A stretch of DNA of 64,000 bases from NCBI GenBank assembly GCA_040285825.1, contig JAUPSS010000007.1:2702689-2766688 (forward strand). The letters run 5' to 3'. Of this stretch, positions 23,600-34,644 are shown one piece after another; the stretch's first letter is position 1; the number at the start of each line of letters is the position of its first letter. The notes beneath the pieces were generated by a model. That model was not told the origin of the DNA. It saw only the letters and a program-made list of their open reading frames with translations, and did no database searches. This DNA comes from Eukaryota sp. TZLM1-RC. Its lineage: Eukaryota; Protista; Metamonada: BaSk clade. The translations under genes and the position numbers were made by a program.

Positions 23600-24650
23600 A
23601 TGAAAAGTTAGGGTTAGATGAAGAGTAGAACCGTTCAGAGGAGGTGTTGTCTCTTCCTGTCTAGTTTCATAGTATCAATTACAGTTAGCGGATACCATAA
23701 TGGTGCGTATATCACATGAGGAACACATTGACACTATGTGACAAAGCAAATAGCAAGATGGAGCGGAAACAGGAGAGATGACCATAGTACAAGAGGATAA
23801 CTTGTCAAACAGAGAAACTGAATCTAGTGAGTGAAAACAACAAAAGGCTGACTGGAGAGTGAGCAAAAAAAGGGAGATCGTGATGGTAATGCGTGATCAG
23901 GGAGTGGTTGCAGAAGGTTGTTGAGTCACTCACAATCAAAGAGATAAGATCGGAGTGTAGTGTGGTAGGCGGTCATCTACAGTTGTGGCAGATCTAGCTG
24001 ACGTATAACCAAACAAATACGGGAACGTGTACATTGTAATGAGAGAATTTCATACGTTTTTTTCAATTTGAGTCAATCTTGTCCCAACCAAAAGCAGAAC
24101 GAACACTCTCTGTACACTATTACCTCCTTTTTATGGATAACCGCATCAAAACAAGTCTAATGTTGAGAGCTTTGCTTTATAAATCTGTATTCATCATTCA
24201 TTTCCATGCAATGAGACGCGATGTACAATGCCTTTTAAGCAAAGAAAAACCATATCATGGGATTATAGAAGTGCTTGTCACACAATGCATTATTTGAATT
24301 TCTCTTGAAAGTTGTTCACTTGTTTAGTTGTTTTTCCTTTGAAATTGAATACAGCAACTGAACGATAGAGCAGCTTCATCATAGTGAGATTAAAGAAACT
24401 TTAGTGCCTGAAAAATTATTGATAACATCCCTATATAGATGGTCGAATAGAATTCATAATGTGCTAAAGTGAGTAAAAATCTTTCCAAAAATGTAGATTT
24501 AGAAAGTTAAAACCAATGGAGAAAATACAAATGGATAAAGAATGAAAATGGATGTAAATGGTATTTTTCGTTTTGTCTTGTCCATAGATTGTTGCCTTCT
24601 GTCCTTCAATCTTGAAAGTTTTGATGTTCGATAAAGAATTTTGAATTGAT
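23600..24650. repeat. Third, diverged partial copy of the segment duplicated at 41745/48660
   Basis: 23670-23920 matches 43420-43670; 24300-24650 resembles 43885-44220. Confidence 0.65.
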
Positions 24651-24759
24651 AAATTTACTAATAATTCATATGAGTAAGTTTTTGGTAAACTTCATTAATT
24701 TTCAAAATCTATCAAAATAGCAGAGCAAAAAAAACTAGTAATTTTTTCTTCACTTCAAA

Positions 24760-24950
24760 CATTTGTATTTCCAACGCTAGCAAAACATTAGAACTCATTA
24801 TCCTCAATGCAGGCATCAACATCATCAAACCTTTTCAATGCGCGATTTTCGTATTCTATTCCCAATTATAACAGTGCTTTGGTTATCAATTCTGGAATTG
24901 CTTTAAGTACACTTAAAACAATTCTATTCTAAACAGTAAATTCAAAGCCT
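24760..24950 (-). mobile_element. Short 3' remnant of a CRE-like retrotransposon
   Basis: NRIVLSVLKAIPELITKALL..DACIEDNEF* resembles the C-termini of the other families. Confidence 0.45.
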
Positions 24951-25084
24951 TCACAAATTATTTTGTTGGTTTTGCTCTAATTTTTCCACACAAAATCGTA
25001 TGGTCAGTAGCGTTTTAGCGAATAACTTATGTACTAGTTATACCAAATGACAATGTACAAACAATGAGAAGTGTTTTCTAGTTC

Positions 25085-27665
25085 ACTTACAAATTATTTA
25101 ATTATATTTTCTACGAAGAATCAAAACAAAACAAACTAAAACACATAAGAAACAAAATTCTCCACGCCAACTTTTGATGAATCCTTATACAGCTTGGACA
25201 TCATTAAACTCAAGTACTTGGGAACACTTCTGTACAAAGCGAAAATGATACGATTCTTCCACAAATTCCCTGCAAAATTCTTACCACTTGAACGACATAA
25301 ATTACCAAAATTATTGATAAAATTCAAGGCAGACTGTCCAATGTTGCCAAAAATCTAAACGGCAAAAGGAACAAACGAAAACTTCGAATAAAGATTCTTA
25401 TTTAAATTTTTTAATATCTCAGTATATTTATCTCTTTTACGATCTTCAGCCTTGTTTAAATGACCATTAGTACTAAGAAAAACAACATTATTACGATCAA
25501 CAAAAGCAAAGGGACCAACTGTAGTAAAATCAAAAACAACTTGAGAGGAATCCACAAAAAGAGCAATTAAATCACCTCGACGTGAATTAAACAATGAATT
25601 AAACGTGATTTTAATTTAAATATTTATTTATTGTAACCATTTATATAAAGAATCAAATACAAACAAAACAAACTAAAACACATAAGAAACTAAATTCTCC
25701 ACGCCAACTCTTGATGAATCCTTATAAAGTTTAGACATCATTAAACTCAAGTACTTGGGAACACTTCTGTACAAAGCGAAAATGATACGATTTTTCCATA
25801 AATTCTCTGCAAAATTCTTACCACTTGAACGACATAAATTACCAAAATTATTGATAAAATTCAAGGCAGACTGTCCAATGTTGCCAAAAATCTAAACGGC
25901 AAAAGGAACAAACGAAAACTTCGAATAAAGATTCTTATTTAAATTTTTTAATATCTCAGTATATTTATCTCTTTTACGATCTTCAGCCTTGTTTAAATGA
26001 CCATTAGTACTGAGAAAAACAACATTATTACGATCAACAAAAGCAAAGGGACCAACTGTAGTAAAATCAACAACAACTTGAGAGGAATCCAGAAAAAGAG
26101 CAATTAAATCACCTCGACGTGAATTAAACAATGAATTAAACGTGATTTTAATTTAAATATTTATTTATTTATTGTAACCATTTATATAAAGAATCAAATA
26201 AAAACAAAACAAACTAAAACACATAAGAAACAAAATTCTCCACGCCAACTCTTGATGAATCCTTATAAAGTTTAGACATCATTAAACTCAAGTACTTGGG
26301 AACACTTCTGTACAAAGCGAAAATGATACGATTTTTCCATAAAGTTTCTGCAAAATTCTTACCACTTGAACGACATAAATTATCAAAATCATTGATGAAA
26401 TTCAAGGCGGATTGTCCAATGTTGCCAAAAATCGAAAAGGCAAAAGGAACAAACGAAAACTTCGAATAAAGGTTCTTATTTAAATCATTTAATATCTCAG
26501 TATATTTATCTCTCTTACGATCTTCAGCCTTGTTTAAATGACCATTAGTACTAAGTAAAACATCATCGCGATAAACAAAAGCAAAGGGATCAACTGTAGT
26601 GAAATCAACAACAACTTGAGAGGAATCCACAAAAGGAGCAATTGAATCACCTCGACGTGAATTAAAAAGATTATCATCACTATAATGCTTCAACAAAGGT
26701 TCTACTTTGCAACTAAAATTGTAACACTTGAACATCTCATATGTCACATCACGAACGGCATTATGAAGAACTGACCTATATTGGAGAAATTTCTTACAGC
26801 TCACAATATGACGAAAATTGGCAGTAGGTTTTTTGTTACAAATACAATAAGAATTGTTTAAAAGACCACTTGGATACATCCCTAATCTCAACCGCATGTT
26901 TTGTTTCCAAGCTTCATTTGTTAAGTGAAGACCAAATGGCCTTGGTTGCTGAGATATTAAACTAGTACAGTTCTGAATGTCTGATAAAAAGGCAGCGAAG
27001 ACGGGATTATTAATCTTAGTCACACTAAGTCGTTTAGAAAAATCCAGGTCTTCAAAACCAATAAGAACAGACTTCTGTAATTTCACAACAGCAAGATGAA
27101 GGTTGGTGAAAGATCTCGAAGGCACAGCAGGCAAACTTGAAGGAAAACTCCTATTCCAAATATCAACAGGTAGTTCTTGCACCATTTTTCAAGAGAAATT
27201 AATAAAGGATGTGATTCATTTAAAGGAATATGATCAAAACGAAGTTTCCATTCAAAAAGAAAATTTTTCATACCACCAATAAAAGCACTTTTGCATAAAT
27301 ACTCTGCTTTTGAAAAACCAACTCCACCAAATTTAGGACTAAAAAATGCATGATAAGGAATTTTAGATGGACAAACTTCTACTAAATTTCCTAGGAAATT
27401 TGTTCTCAAAGTATTGAATTGACGTGCAAAATCATGAGAAATTGTGGGAGATAAAGAACGAAGAAGATGATTAATTTTTGATCCAAAACACACATTTACG
27501 ACCGAAAACGCTAAATGTTTGTCAATTTCTAGATCTTGAATAGCCAAAAGTTGCTCTTCGATTTTTTCCAAAATACCTGACAAAATCGATTTAACTTTTT
27601 CACTATTTCCAAAATAAGATCCAAGAAACCGAATAGCATCTTCCTCGTAATCAACGTATTTGATA
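25085..27665 (-). mobile_element. CRE-like retrotransposon (family B) with two extra tandem copies of its 3' end
   Basis: Main copy has FLGSY, SPKFGGVG, C.C..H..C, RRGD..VDF and FVSYVF*. The 3' end is repeated with periods of 541 and 537 bp. Confidence 0.85.
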
Positions 27666-27734
27666 AAATTATTTAATTATTATTAATTTTTTAAAACTAT
27701 TTCCACAAAATTGTTTATTGCAGTATTTAGGAAT

Positions 27735-28130
27735 TGAATATAATTTGCATACCATTTGCCATGTAAAGCTTGAATTCAAAGTGATGGAAAAGCATAGAAA
27801 ATATGACAAAGATATGAAAGAAGCTAATGCTGATAGACATAGACCATTTGTTTTGTTCTCTTTCCCTTTTTTTCATACACAGAAGACTATGAGTAGAAGC
27901 AGAAACTTTTGTGAATGACTTCCACAAAATGGTGAAAGGAAAAATAATGAAAAGATTTGATATTTATTTTTTTATGGCGTTTTCGAATTCAATTTGTCGT
28001 AATTAATAGATTACCTTGGTTTTTCAATCGAATAAGAGAAGCTTTAGTTAGACCTCAAGCAGATACAGATTATGTAGAGGAAATCTTGGTTCAATAATAT
28101 AACTCCAATTACTTATGAGTTACTTTTATT
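27735..28130 (+). mobile_element. 3' remnant of retrotransposon family A
   Basis: EKHRKYDKD..NRIREAL..YVEEILVQ*. Confidence 0.7.
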
Positions 28131-28529
28131 AAACCTACTCACAGCATTTCGATCATATTCTACACCAATTGCTAAAATAGTTTTAGAAATCATCGTTGGA
28201 ATAGACTTGAATATGCAAATTTCAATTCCATTTAACCAGAAAGTTGAAAGATGATATTTGTTTTCTGGAGTTCACAGATTCGATACTTCATAAAAATATT
28301 TCCATCAAATAGGAGAAGCAATGGACATAACAATTATAAATTCCAGTAAATATGCAAATATGAACTATATGAGACTCTGATAAAAACTCTAAATGTGTAA
28401 AGATATCCCAAAAGGTAATTGTAATTCATGACAAGAGGTGATCTAGTTGTTCCCGGTTTAAATGGTAGTTTTACTATTTTAGACGCCATGACTATTGACC
28501 CTTGTAATTCCTCTAACGAACATCTCATT

Positions 28530-28940
28530 AACTCGGATGTAAATAATCCTCTTCTTGCAGGCGAAAAATAGAAAATTGCTAAATATTCGAAACCCTTTTC
28601 CTCGATGAATGAAAATTCTCATGCCCAATATAATTTATGCCCCTTTGTATTTTCTTTGCTTGGATCTCTAGGTAAGGCTGCTATGGGTTTTCTTGAGGAT
28701 TTTGTTGTAGTTGTAAAGGAAAGAACTGGAAGATTTTTCAATCGTGTTTACTGGCAAAACAGGATTTTATTTTCTATTTTTAAGGGAATGGTAAAACTGA
28801 TTTCTAATTCACTGTCTTTTTTTGGGAAATTTTCTGAATCTTTGGCAATTAATTAATTTGGTGTACGGGAGGCAGGTTTTGAGGATGTGGAGTTTTAATT
28901 GTGTATTTTATGTTTTCATATTTGTTGTTGAATAAATATT
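28530..28940 (+). mobile_element. 3' remnant of a CRE-like retrotransposon (family E-like)
   Basis: LCPFVFSLLGSLG..FLEDF..RTGRFFNRVYWQNRILFSIFKG, then a 3' tail. Confidence 0.7.
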
Positions 28941-28964
28941 TTTCTTCATTAAAAAAAGGCAAAA

Positions 28965-31442
28965 CTAAGAGGAAAGTGTAATATTCTCAATACGGGCTGT
29001 TGTTCCAATTAACCAGCTTTTACCCCAAGGAGTTAATTGTGGCATGAACAAGTTCACAATACTATCCAAAGTGCTTGAGGTCCTATGAATAGCAAATAAA
29101 GTAGTCAATTGTAACTCACTCAATGAGGGCTTGAAGGAAAACTTATATACCAAACTATTGGCAGGCTTGGCGAAATTTAAAACTACACCAGCTTGTTGTT
29201 TCATTATTCTGCCAACCTCATACCCTTCATAAACAACGTCAACATCTGAGGGAAACTTGACTGCAAGTCTTCCAGATTCTGATGTTGTCACGTTCAGAAT
29301 GACATCACATTGATTGTCATCACAATCGTATTGATAGTTAATAACTGGGGGATCAATAACTACTTCTTCAGCATTAACACAAACAGCATTTTCCAATAAT
29401 GGTACAAAAGCCTGGCATTTGGTTGTCTCAAAACCATTATTCAAAAGCTCCTGTTCTAACAAGGAGAGCGATGCAGGATGGGGCCACAACAATGCAATAC
29501 GGGAATCATTACGGTCGGGAAGAATTTCATGTTGTATGGTGTAACGAAGGGGAGAGTTTGGTGAAAATGGAATAGAAAACATCAACAAAAGCAATAAAGG
29601 AAGGCTCATAACAAAGAAAAACATCGCCAGGTACAAACTATTTGTTCTTTTAAAGCTATAAACAACGGAACACAAAGGCCCAAGTAGCAAAACTGAGACA
29701 ACACAGACGCCAAGACTGTAAATAATAGTGGATGGGAAATTGGGAGTAACTCTAGCAAAATTCCCTGGTAATAAGTGGAATATCATGTATGCTACGGGCG
29801 AAGTAGTAGCTGCTATGATAAATGTAGATACAAAAAGAAGCAAAAAAGCAATTTTTGAGTTTTTGGATCGCAAATGAGAAGGAATAATTAATAACATCGA
29901 TGAAATTAGAACAAAACCAAATAAAACAGCAGAACCAAGTTGAAAAGTAACGCCAAATAAATAGATGACAAAAAAAGGAATAACAGAAACAATCGAACAC
30001 AACATTGAATTCTTAACCTTGCTCAATAAGGAATGAACCGTCAGTAATCCACTCAAAGTAATGAAGCTAAAGAACACGGTAGAGATTTTGGGAAAACGAT
30101 GGAAGCTCATTGATGATGTAAGAGAAATTAAGTAGCTAAAAACGCCACACATTAAAAAAGGTAAAACTAAAAATAAAACAGGAATAGAAACAATTAGACT
30201 CCAATTAACTAATGAATGATTTAGTCTTCTTGTTTTAGATGATTTACTCAAGAGAAATAACACCATACAAACCGTACCAACTAAAATCAAGCTGTGAAAA
30301 ATAAGAGAGACATAAGGACCGAGGAGAACGTTACCAAATAATGGTAAACTAAAAACAATTGTATTTCTCTTGTTTTCGGGTGAATCGACATCAACATTAG
30401 ATTCGCAGTAAGATTTAGTAATATCAAACAAAATTGTCAATCCCTCCTTGACTGATCCCCTCATGATCTCTTCTTCCTTGTCAGTTTCCAACCGGTCATA
30501 CATAGTATGATAGCGATCTGAACGTTCTGCAAAAACAAAGTCTGCTGTTGGAGCAAACTTTGAATAATGATAGTAATCAGACATCGAATCAACAGCTCCA
30601 GAATTCAAAATATCCGCACCCGTTTCACTAATTAACAACCTATTAGCTCTTGTGCAATGACGTAAAATAAACTGTTCAGAATCCCTTGTCCATCTAAACA
30701 AGCTCATTCTACCTCCAAAACCTACAGATTCCAGGTTCAACACAAAGCCAAGGAGATGAGGAAAATTAGTTACTACGACATGAGAATGGAAAAGGCCCAA
30801 TTCTTCACCATCGCCAATGATGAGATGAATGGGGTGGTTGAAGTTCAGCAAGTGTTCAGGGGTAGAAGCGATTGCCTTTACCAACTCAATACCCAAGGCA
30901 ACATTAACACCATTGTCAAAAGCCCCAGGAGCCCAGTGAATGGAGTCTAAGTGAGCTGAGATTACCAAACCAGGAGAATTTGGGTCTACATTGGGAGGAG
31001 AGATAGAGAGGATGGCTATACAGACGTGGAAATAGGATTCAGGAATACCATGGAGATGGACTGTGCCACTATCACAGAAAGTGGTGTAGTTTGTGTTCCA
31101 ATGGTTTTCAATGGCCAGGGTTTCCAAATCAGGAAGGACTAAGTCAAAAATAAAAGGGATAACTTGATCATTTTGAGCTGGTGAACCCATGGGGTGAGGA
31201 CCGTGCTTGGTGATTTCACGGACAATGGAGATGACATTGTCTATGGAGAAATGGCGAGATCGTCGATGAAGATCAGATAGAGTGGTAGATGGATGTGCGA
31301 TGAGAATTGCAAAGAGGGTACCCGTAATGATAACAAGCAAAAACTTGAAGAGGGTAAGGAACGAGTGTTTTAAAGACGAGTGTTCATGATCATATGGTGA
31401 TCTGTAGCCAGGAATGTCTTTTGTTAAAGCGAGGTCTGCCAT
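28965..31442 (-). CDS. M28 family membrane metallopeptidase (ERMP1/Pff1-like), paralog of 11442-13922
   Basis: Same SAHLDS, PGAFDN, GEELGL and YHT.YD motifs; intact 825 aa, colinear with the first copy. Confidence 0.9.
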   Translation of the reverse strand: MADLALTKDIPGYRSPYDHEHSSLKHSFLTLFKFLLVIITGTLFAILIAHPSTTLSDLHRRSRHFSIDNVISIVREITKHGPHPMGSPAQNDQVIPFIFDLVLPDLETLAIENHWNTNYTTFCDSGTVHLHGIPESYFHVCIAILSISPPNVDPNSPGLVISAHLDSIHWAPGAFDNGVNVALGIELVKAIASTPEHLLNFNHPIHLIIGDGEELGLFHSHVVVTNFPHLLGFVLNLESVGFGGRMSLFRWTRDSEQFILRHCTRANRLLISETGADILNSGAVDSMSDYYHYSKFAPTADFVFAERSDRYHTMYDRLETDKEEEIMRGSVKEGLTILFDITKSYCESNVDVDSPENKRNTIVFSLPLFGNVLLGPYVSLIFHSLILVGTVCMVLFLLSKSSKTRRLNHSLVNWSLIVSIPVLFLVLPFLMCGVFSYLISLTSSMSFHRFPKISTVFFSFITLSGLLTVHSLLSKVKNSMLCSIVSVIPFFVIYLFGVTFQLGSAVLFGFVLISSMLLIIPSHLRSKNSKIAFLLLFVSTFIIAATTSPVAYMIFHLLPGNFARVTPNFPSTIIYSLGVCVVSVLLLGPLCSVVYSFKRTNSLYLAMFFFVMSLPLLLLLMFSIPFSPNSPLRYTIQHEILPDRNDSRIALLWPHPASLSLLEQELLNNGFETTKCQAFVPLLENAVCVNAEEVVIDPPVINYQYDCDDNQCDVILNVTTSESGRLAVKFPSDVDVVYEGYEVGRIMKQQAGVVLNFAKPANSLVYKFSFKPSLSELQLTTLFAIHRTSSTLDSIVNLFMPQLTPWGKSWLIGTTARIENITLSS

Positions 31443-31479
31443 ACGAATATTATTGTATTTTCAGCAAAATAATATATTG

Positions 31480-32860
31480 ACTTTATTTATTGAATTTGCA
31501 CACTTGATTAAATTAAATCATAACTAATGGGACGACTATCATTAAACCAAGATTTCCTCTACAAAATCTTGATTTGCTTGCTGTCTAGCTAAAGCTTCTC
31601 TAATTCGATTGAAAAACCGCGGTAATCTATTAATAATGGCAAATTGAATCCGTGAACGCCATAAAAAAATATCAAATCTTTTCATTGTTTTTTCTTTCAC
31701 CATTTTTTGGAAGTCATCCAAAAAAGTTTCTGCTTCAACTGATAATCTTCCATTTATCGAAAATGGGAAAGCAATAAAAACCAGCTGTGTATTTCTATCG
31801 ACATTTGCATCTTCAATTTCTTTATCATATTTTCTATGTTTTTCTTTTGCTTTAAAATCCAGAGCAGCCACAGGATTAAGTTTTCTTCTGTGAACCAAAG
31901 TATCGTTTGCAACATTACATGAGACAAAGTCAACAATAGCTTCAGAATTATCAATCCAATCACAGTATACATCACCTCTATCATCAGAACCAAAAATTAT
32001 TCAGAGAAAGTGTTTCTTTCAGCAGGGGCTCTTTGATACACGATATCCTTGCAGTTTGTGCCATATTGAAAACAGTGTCTCTAACAGCATCATGTAATGA
32101 AGAACGATAAGTTATCAATTTAGAGCAATTTAGAGCATGGCGCAAAGTGAGTTGAGGTGAATTCGAACAAATACATTTTTCTTTTGATAATAATTGGTTA
32201 ATGGGGATGTTCAAATATAATCTCATTTTTGTTACAAATGCTTCATTAGTGGCACACAATCCAAATCTTCGTGGTACAATGGTTACAAAAAGTGAAGAAT
32301 CTGACGCCTTGTTTTCACAAACACCCTTTTCCAATAACAATGAGTGAAGATCTTGATTTAAAACAGCCGAGCTGCAAATATTATTATAAAGATCTTTTTC
32401 ATACATTCCAGTCAATCTTTTCTGTAATGTTCGAAGAGTGTACTTCAAATTTAAAACATTTTTTTCTGGAATATTGCCATTGAATGATTGGGGAAAACAT
32501 CGACCCCATTTTTCTACATCAATTCTTGAAATTTCTTCATTTAATGCAAAAACAGTGGAACTTTGCGTTGTCATCAATAAATCTTCCCAATCTGCAAATC
32601 TTTCGGAAAACTCAAAGATTGCATTTCTGCATCCACCAACAAAAGCACACGAGGTAAGAATAGAAGCCTTCTAATAATATATTACAAAATCTTGATTTGC
32701 TTGCTGTCTTGCTAAAGCTTCTCTAATTCGATTGAGAAACGAGGTTATCTATTAATAATGGCAAATTGAATCCGAGAGCGCCTTAAAAATGCAATTCTGG
32801 GCTTTGTGTTTTCTTGAGCATTTGTTGGAAATCATTCAAAAGAGATGCTGCTTCTACTGA
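31480..32860 (-). mobile_element. 5'-truncated family A retrotransposon plus a second short 3' fragment
   Basis: ORFs 31542-32577 match family A; 32685-32860 repeats the 3' part. Confidence 0.8.
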
Positions 32861-33169
32861 GTATTTTCAAAATCACACACTTATAGCATTGTTTGTATCA
32901 CTGATGTCCTGATTTTGAGTTGAACGAACTCATCCAATTGATTTGACAATGGCTAATTAAAAAAATATAATTAATAATATTATAATAATAACTATTGAAA
33001 AAAGAAATGTACAAGCACAAAAGGAAATTCAATTGAATAATCATTGAAGATAATAATTATAGTGTCGTCAATATTCTCTTAAAGTATTGAATTCTGCTCA
33101 TAAAAAGTTGTTGAAAGGATTAACTGGAACAAACTCGTTGATTACCATCACTGTTGATTGTTAAAGAAA

Positions 33170-34545
33170 ACAGCGTTATAAAGATATTGGTTTCTCATTT
33201 GAATATCTCCAAATGTTTAATTATTGGCCATGAACCAATTGATTTTTTCATTAATGATGTCAATGTCCCCTTTATCAATTATGATCAGTCTGGTTTTCGT
33301 TTTTTGGGTTGTTATCTCGGAAATATTGATGAAGTCAAAGGCCAACTTTCGACTCTGTTGACTCAATTTGGAAATGAATTAGAATCAATAGAAGATTTAA
33401 ATATTGAGAAACATTTGAAATTCTTTTTCCTAAAAATTTGTTATTCTGGAAAATTTACTCATATTTTGAGATCAACATCTCCATCGATTGCTTTGGAGTT
33501 TTGTCGAATTTTTAATGAACAAAGAACCAATTATTTAGCAAAATTACTGGAAATTGATGCTTCTCAGTTACGAAGCCACATTTTTTGTGGTACAAATTTT
33601 GGTGGTGTTGATTTTCATAAATCAAGCTACCTTTGTAAAGCTGCCTTTATTGGAGGTGGAAAGAATTTTATTTATGAATTTGTGAATCGTTTTCCTGAAA
33701 AAATTCATCTCATTGAAAATTGTGGCAGCTCTTATCTTATTTCTTTGCAATTGGAAATTGAAACTCTTTCACTCAATATTTGGGCTAAATGTTTCCCCTC
33801 TGATATTGTGGAACTTCCTCCAAGAAGCTTGCTCTCCTTACCACTGACTTTTGCAAAATTGCAGAACAAAATCTTGAAAGTTTCAGAAAACTTGGATTAT
33901 ATTGTACGTCTTAGCTTGGCTAAAGAAAAAAAGTCCCGTTTTTGATTACACTTTTTGATTGATCTAAAAGACAGTTGCTCAAATTGCCTAATCTCCCAAA
34001 TTCCCAACATTTATGGCCTTCTACTTAATGATCACCAATGGACCACTGCAATGAGAATGAGATGTTTTCTATGGCCTTGTTCATTACCAAATGATTAAAT
34101 TTGTAGCTGAAAGAGTGTTGTTACGCTTTCCCATATTTTAAACTGTAAGTATTTTATAACGTATCGCTCAATTGTTCATGACTCAGTTCGTGATCAATTA
34201 TATGCCATGTGCAAAACTTTCAATATAGAGGCATTTATTGAGCCATTAGTATGTAAGCTGTCTTCAGATCAAACTGATGATTTTTTTGGTAAAAGAAGAA
34301 CAGATTTAGTAGCTCCAGGGATCGATGGAGTTCTCAATGTTGTAGACGTTGTCTCAGTAGATGTCTGCAAAAATTCTGCTGCTCGTTTAGTGTATTCTGA
34401 TGATTCGCTGTTATCTAACGCCGAAAAAAAGAAGATAAAAAATTATGAAGAACCTTTGGCACAGTTAGGTAGAGTGGAACATGTGAAATATCAGTTTGTG
34501 CCGTTTGCGATTTCTCTTTTTGGCAATATTCGACCTTCTGGGTTT
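33170..34545 (+). mobile_element. CRE-like retrotransposon (family D), RT C-terminus to RLE, degenerate
   Basis: LNISKC, FRFLG, NFGGV, HILNC..HDSVRD, RRTDLV..VVDV and QFVPFA motifs. Confidence 0.8.
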
Positions 34546-34644
34546 TTATTGCTTTCCCATTTTCGATAAATGGAAGATTATCAGTTGAAGCAGAAACTTT
34601 TTTGAATGACTTCCAAAAAATAGTGCAAGAAAAAACAATGAGAC

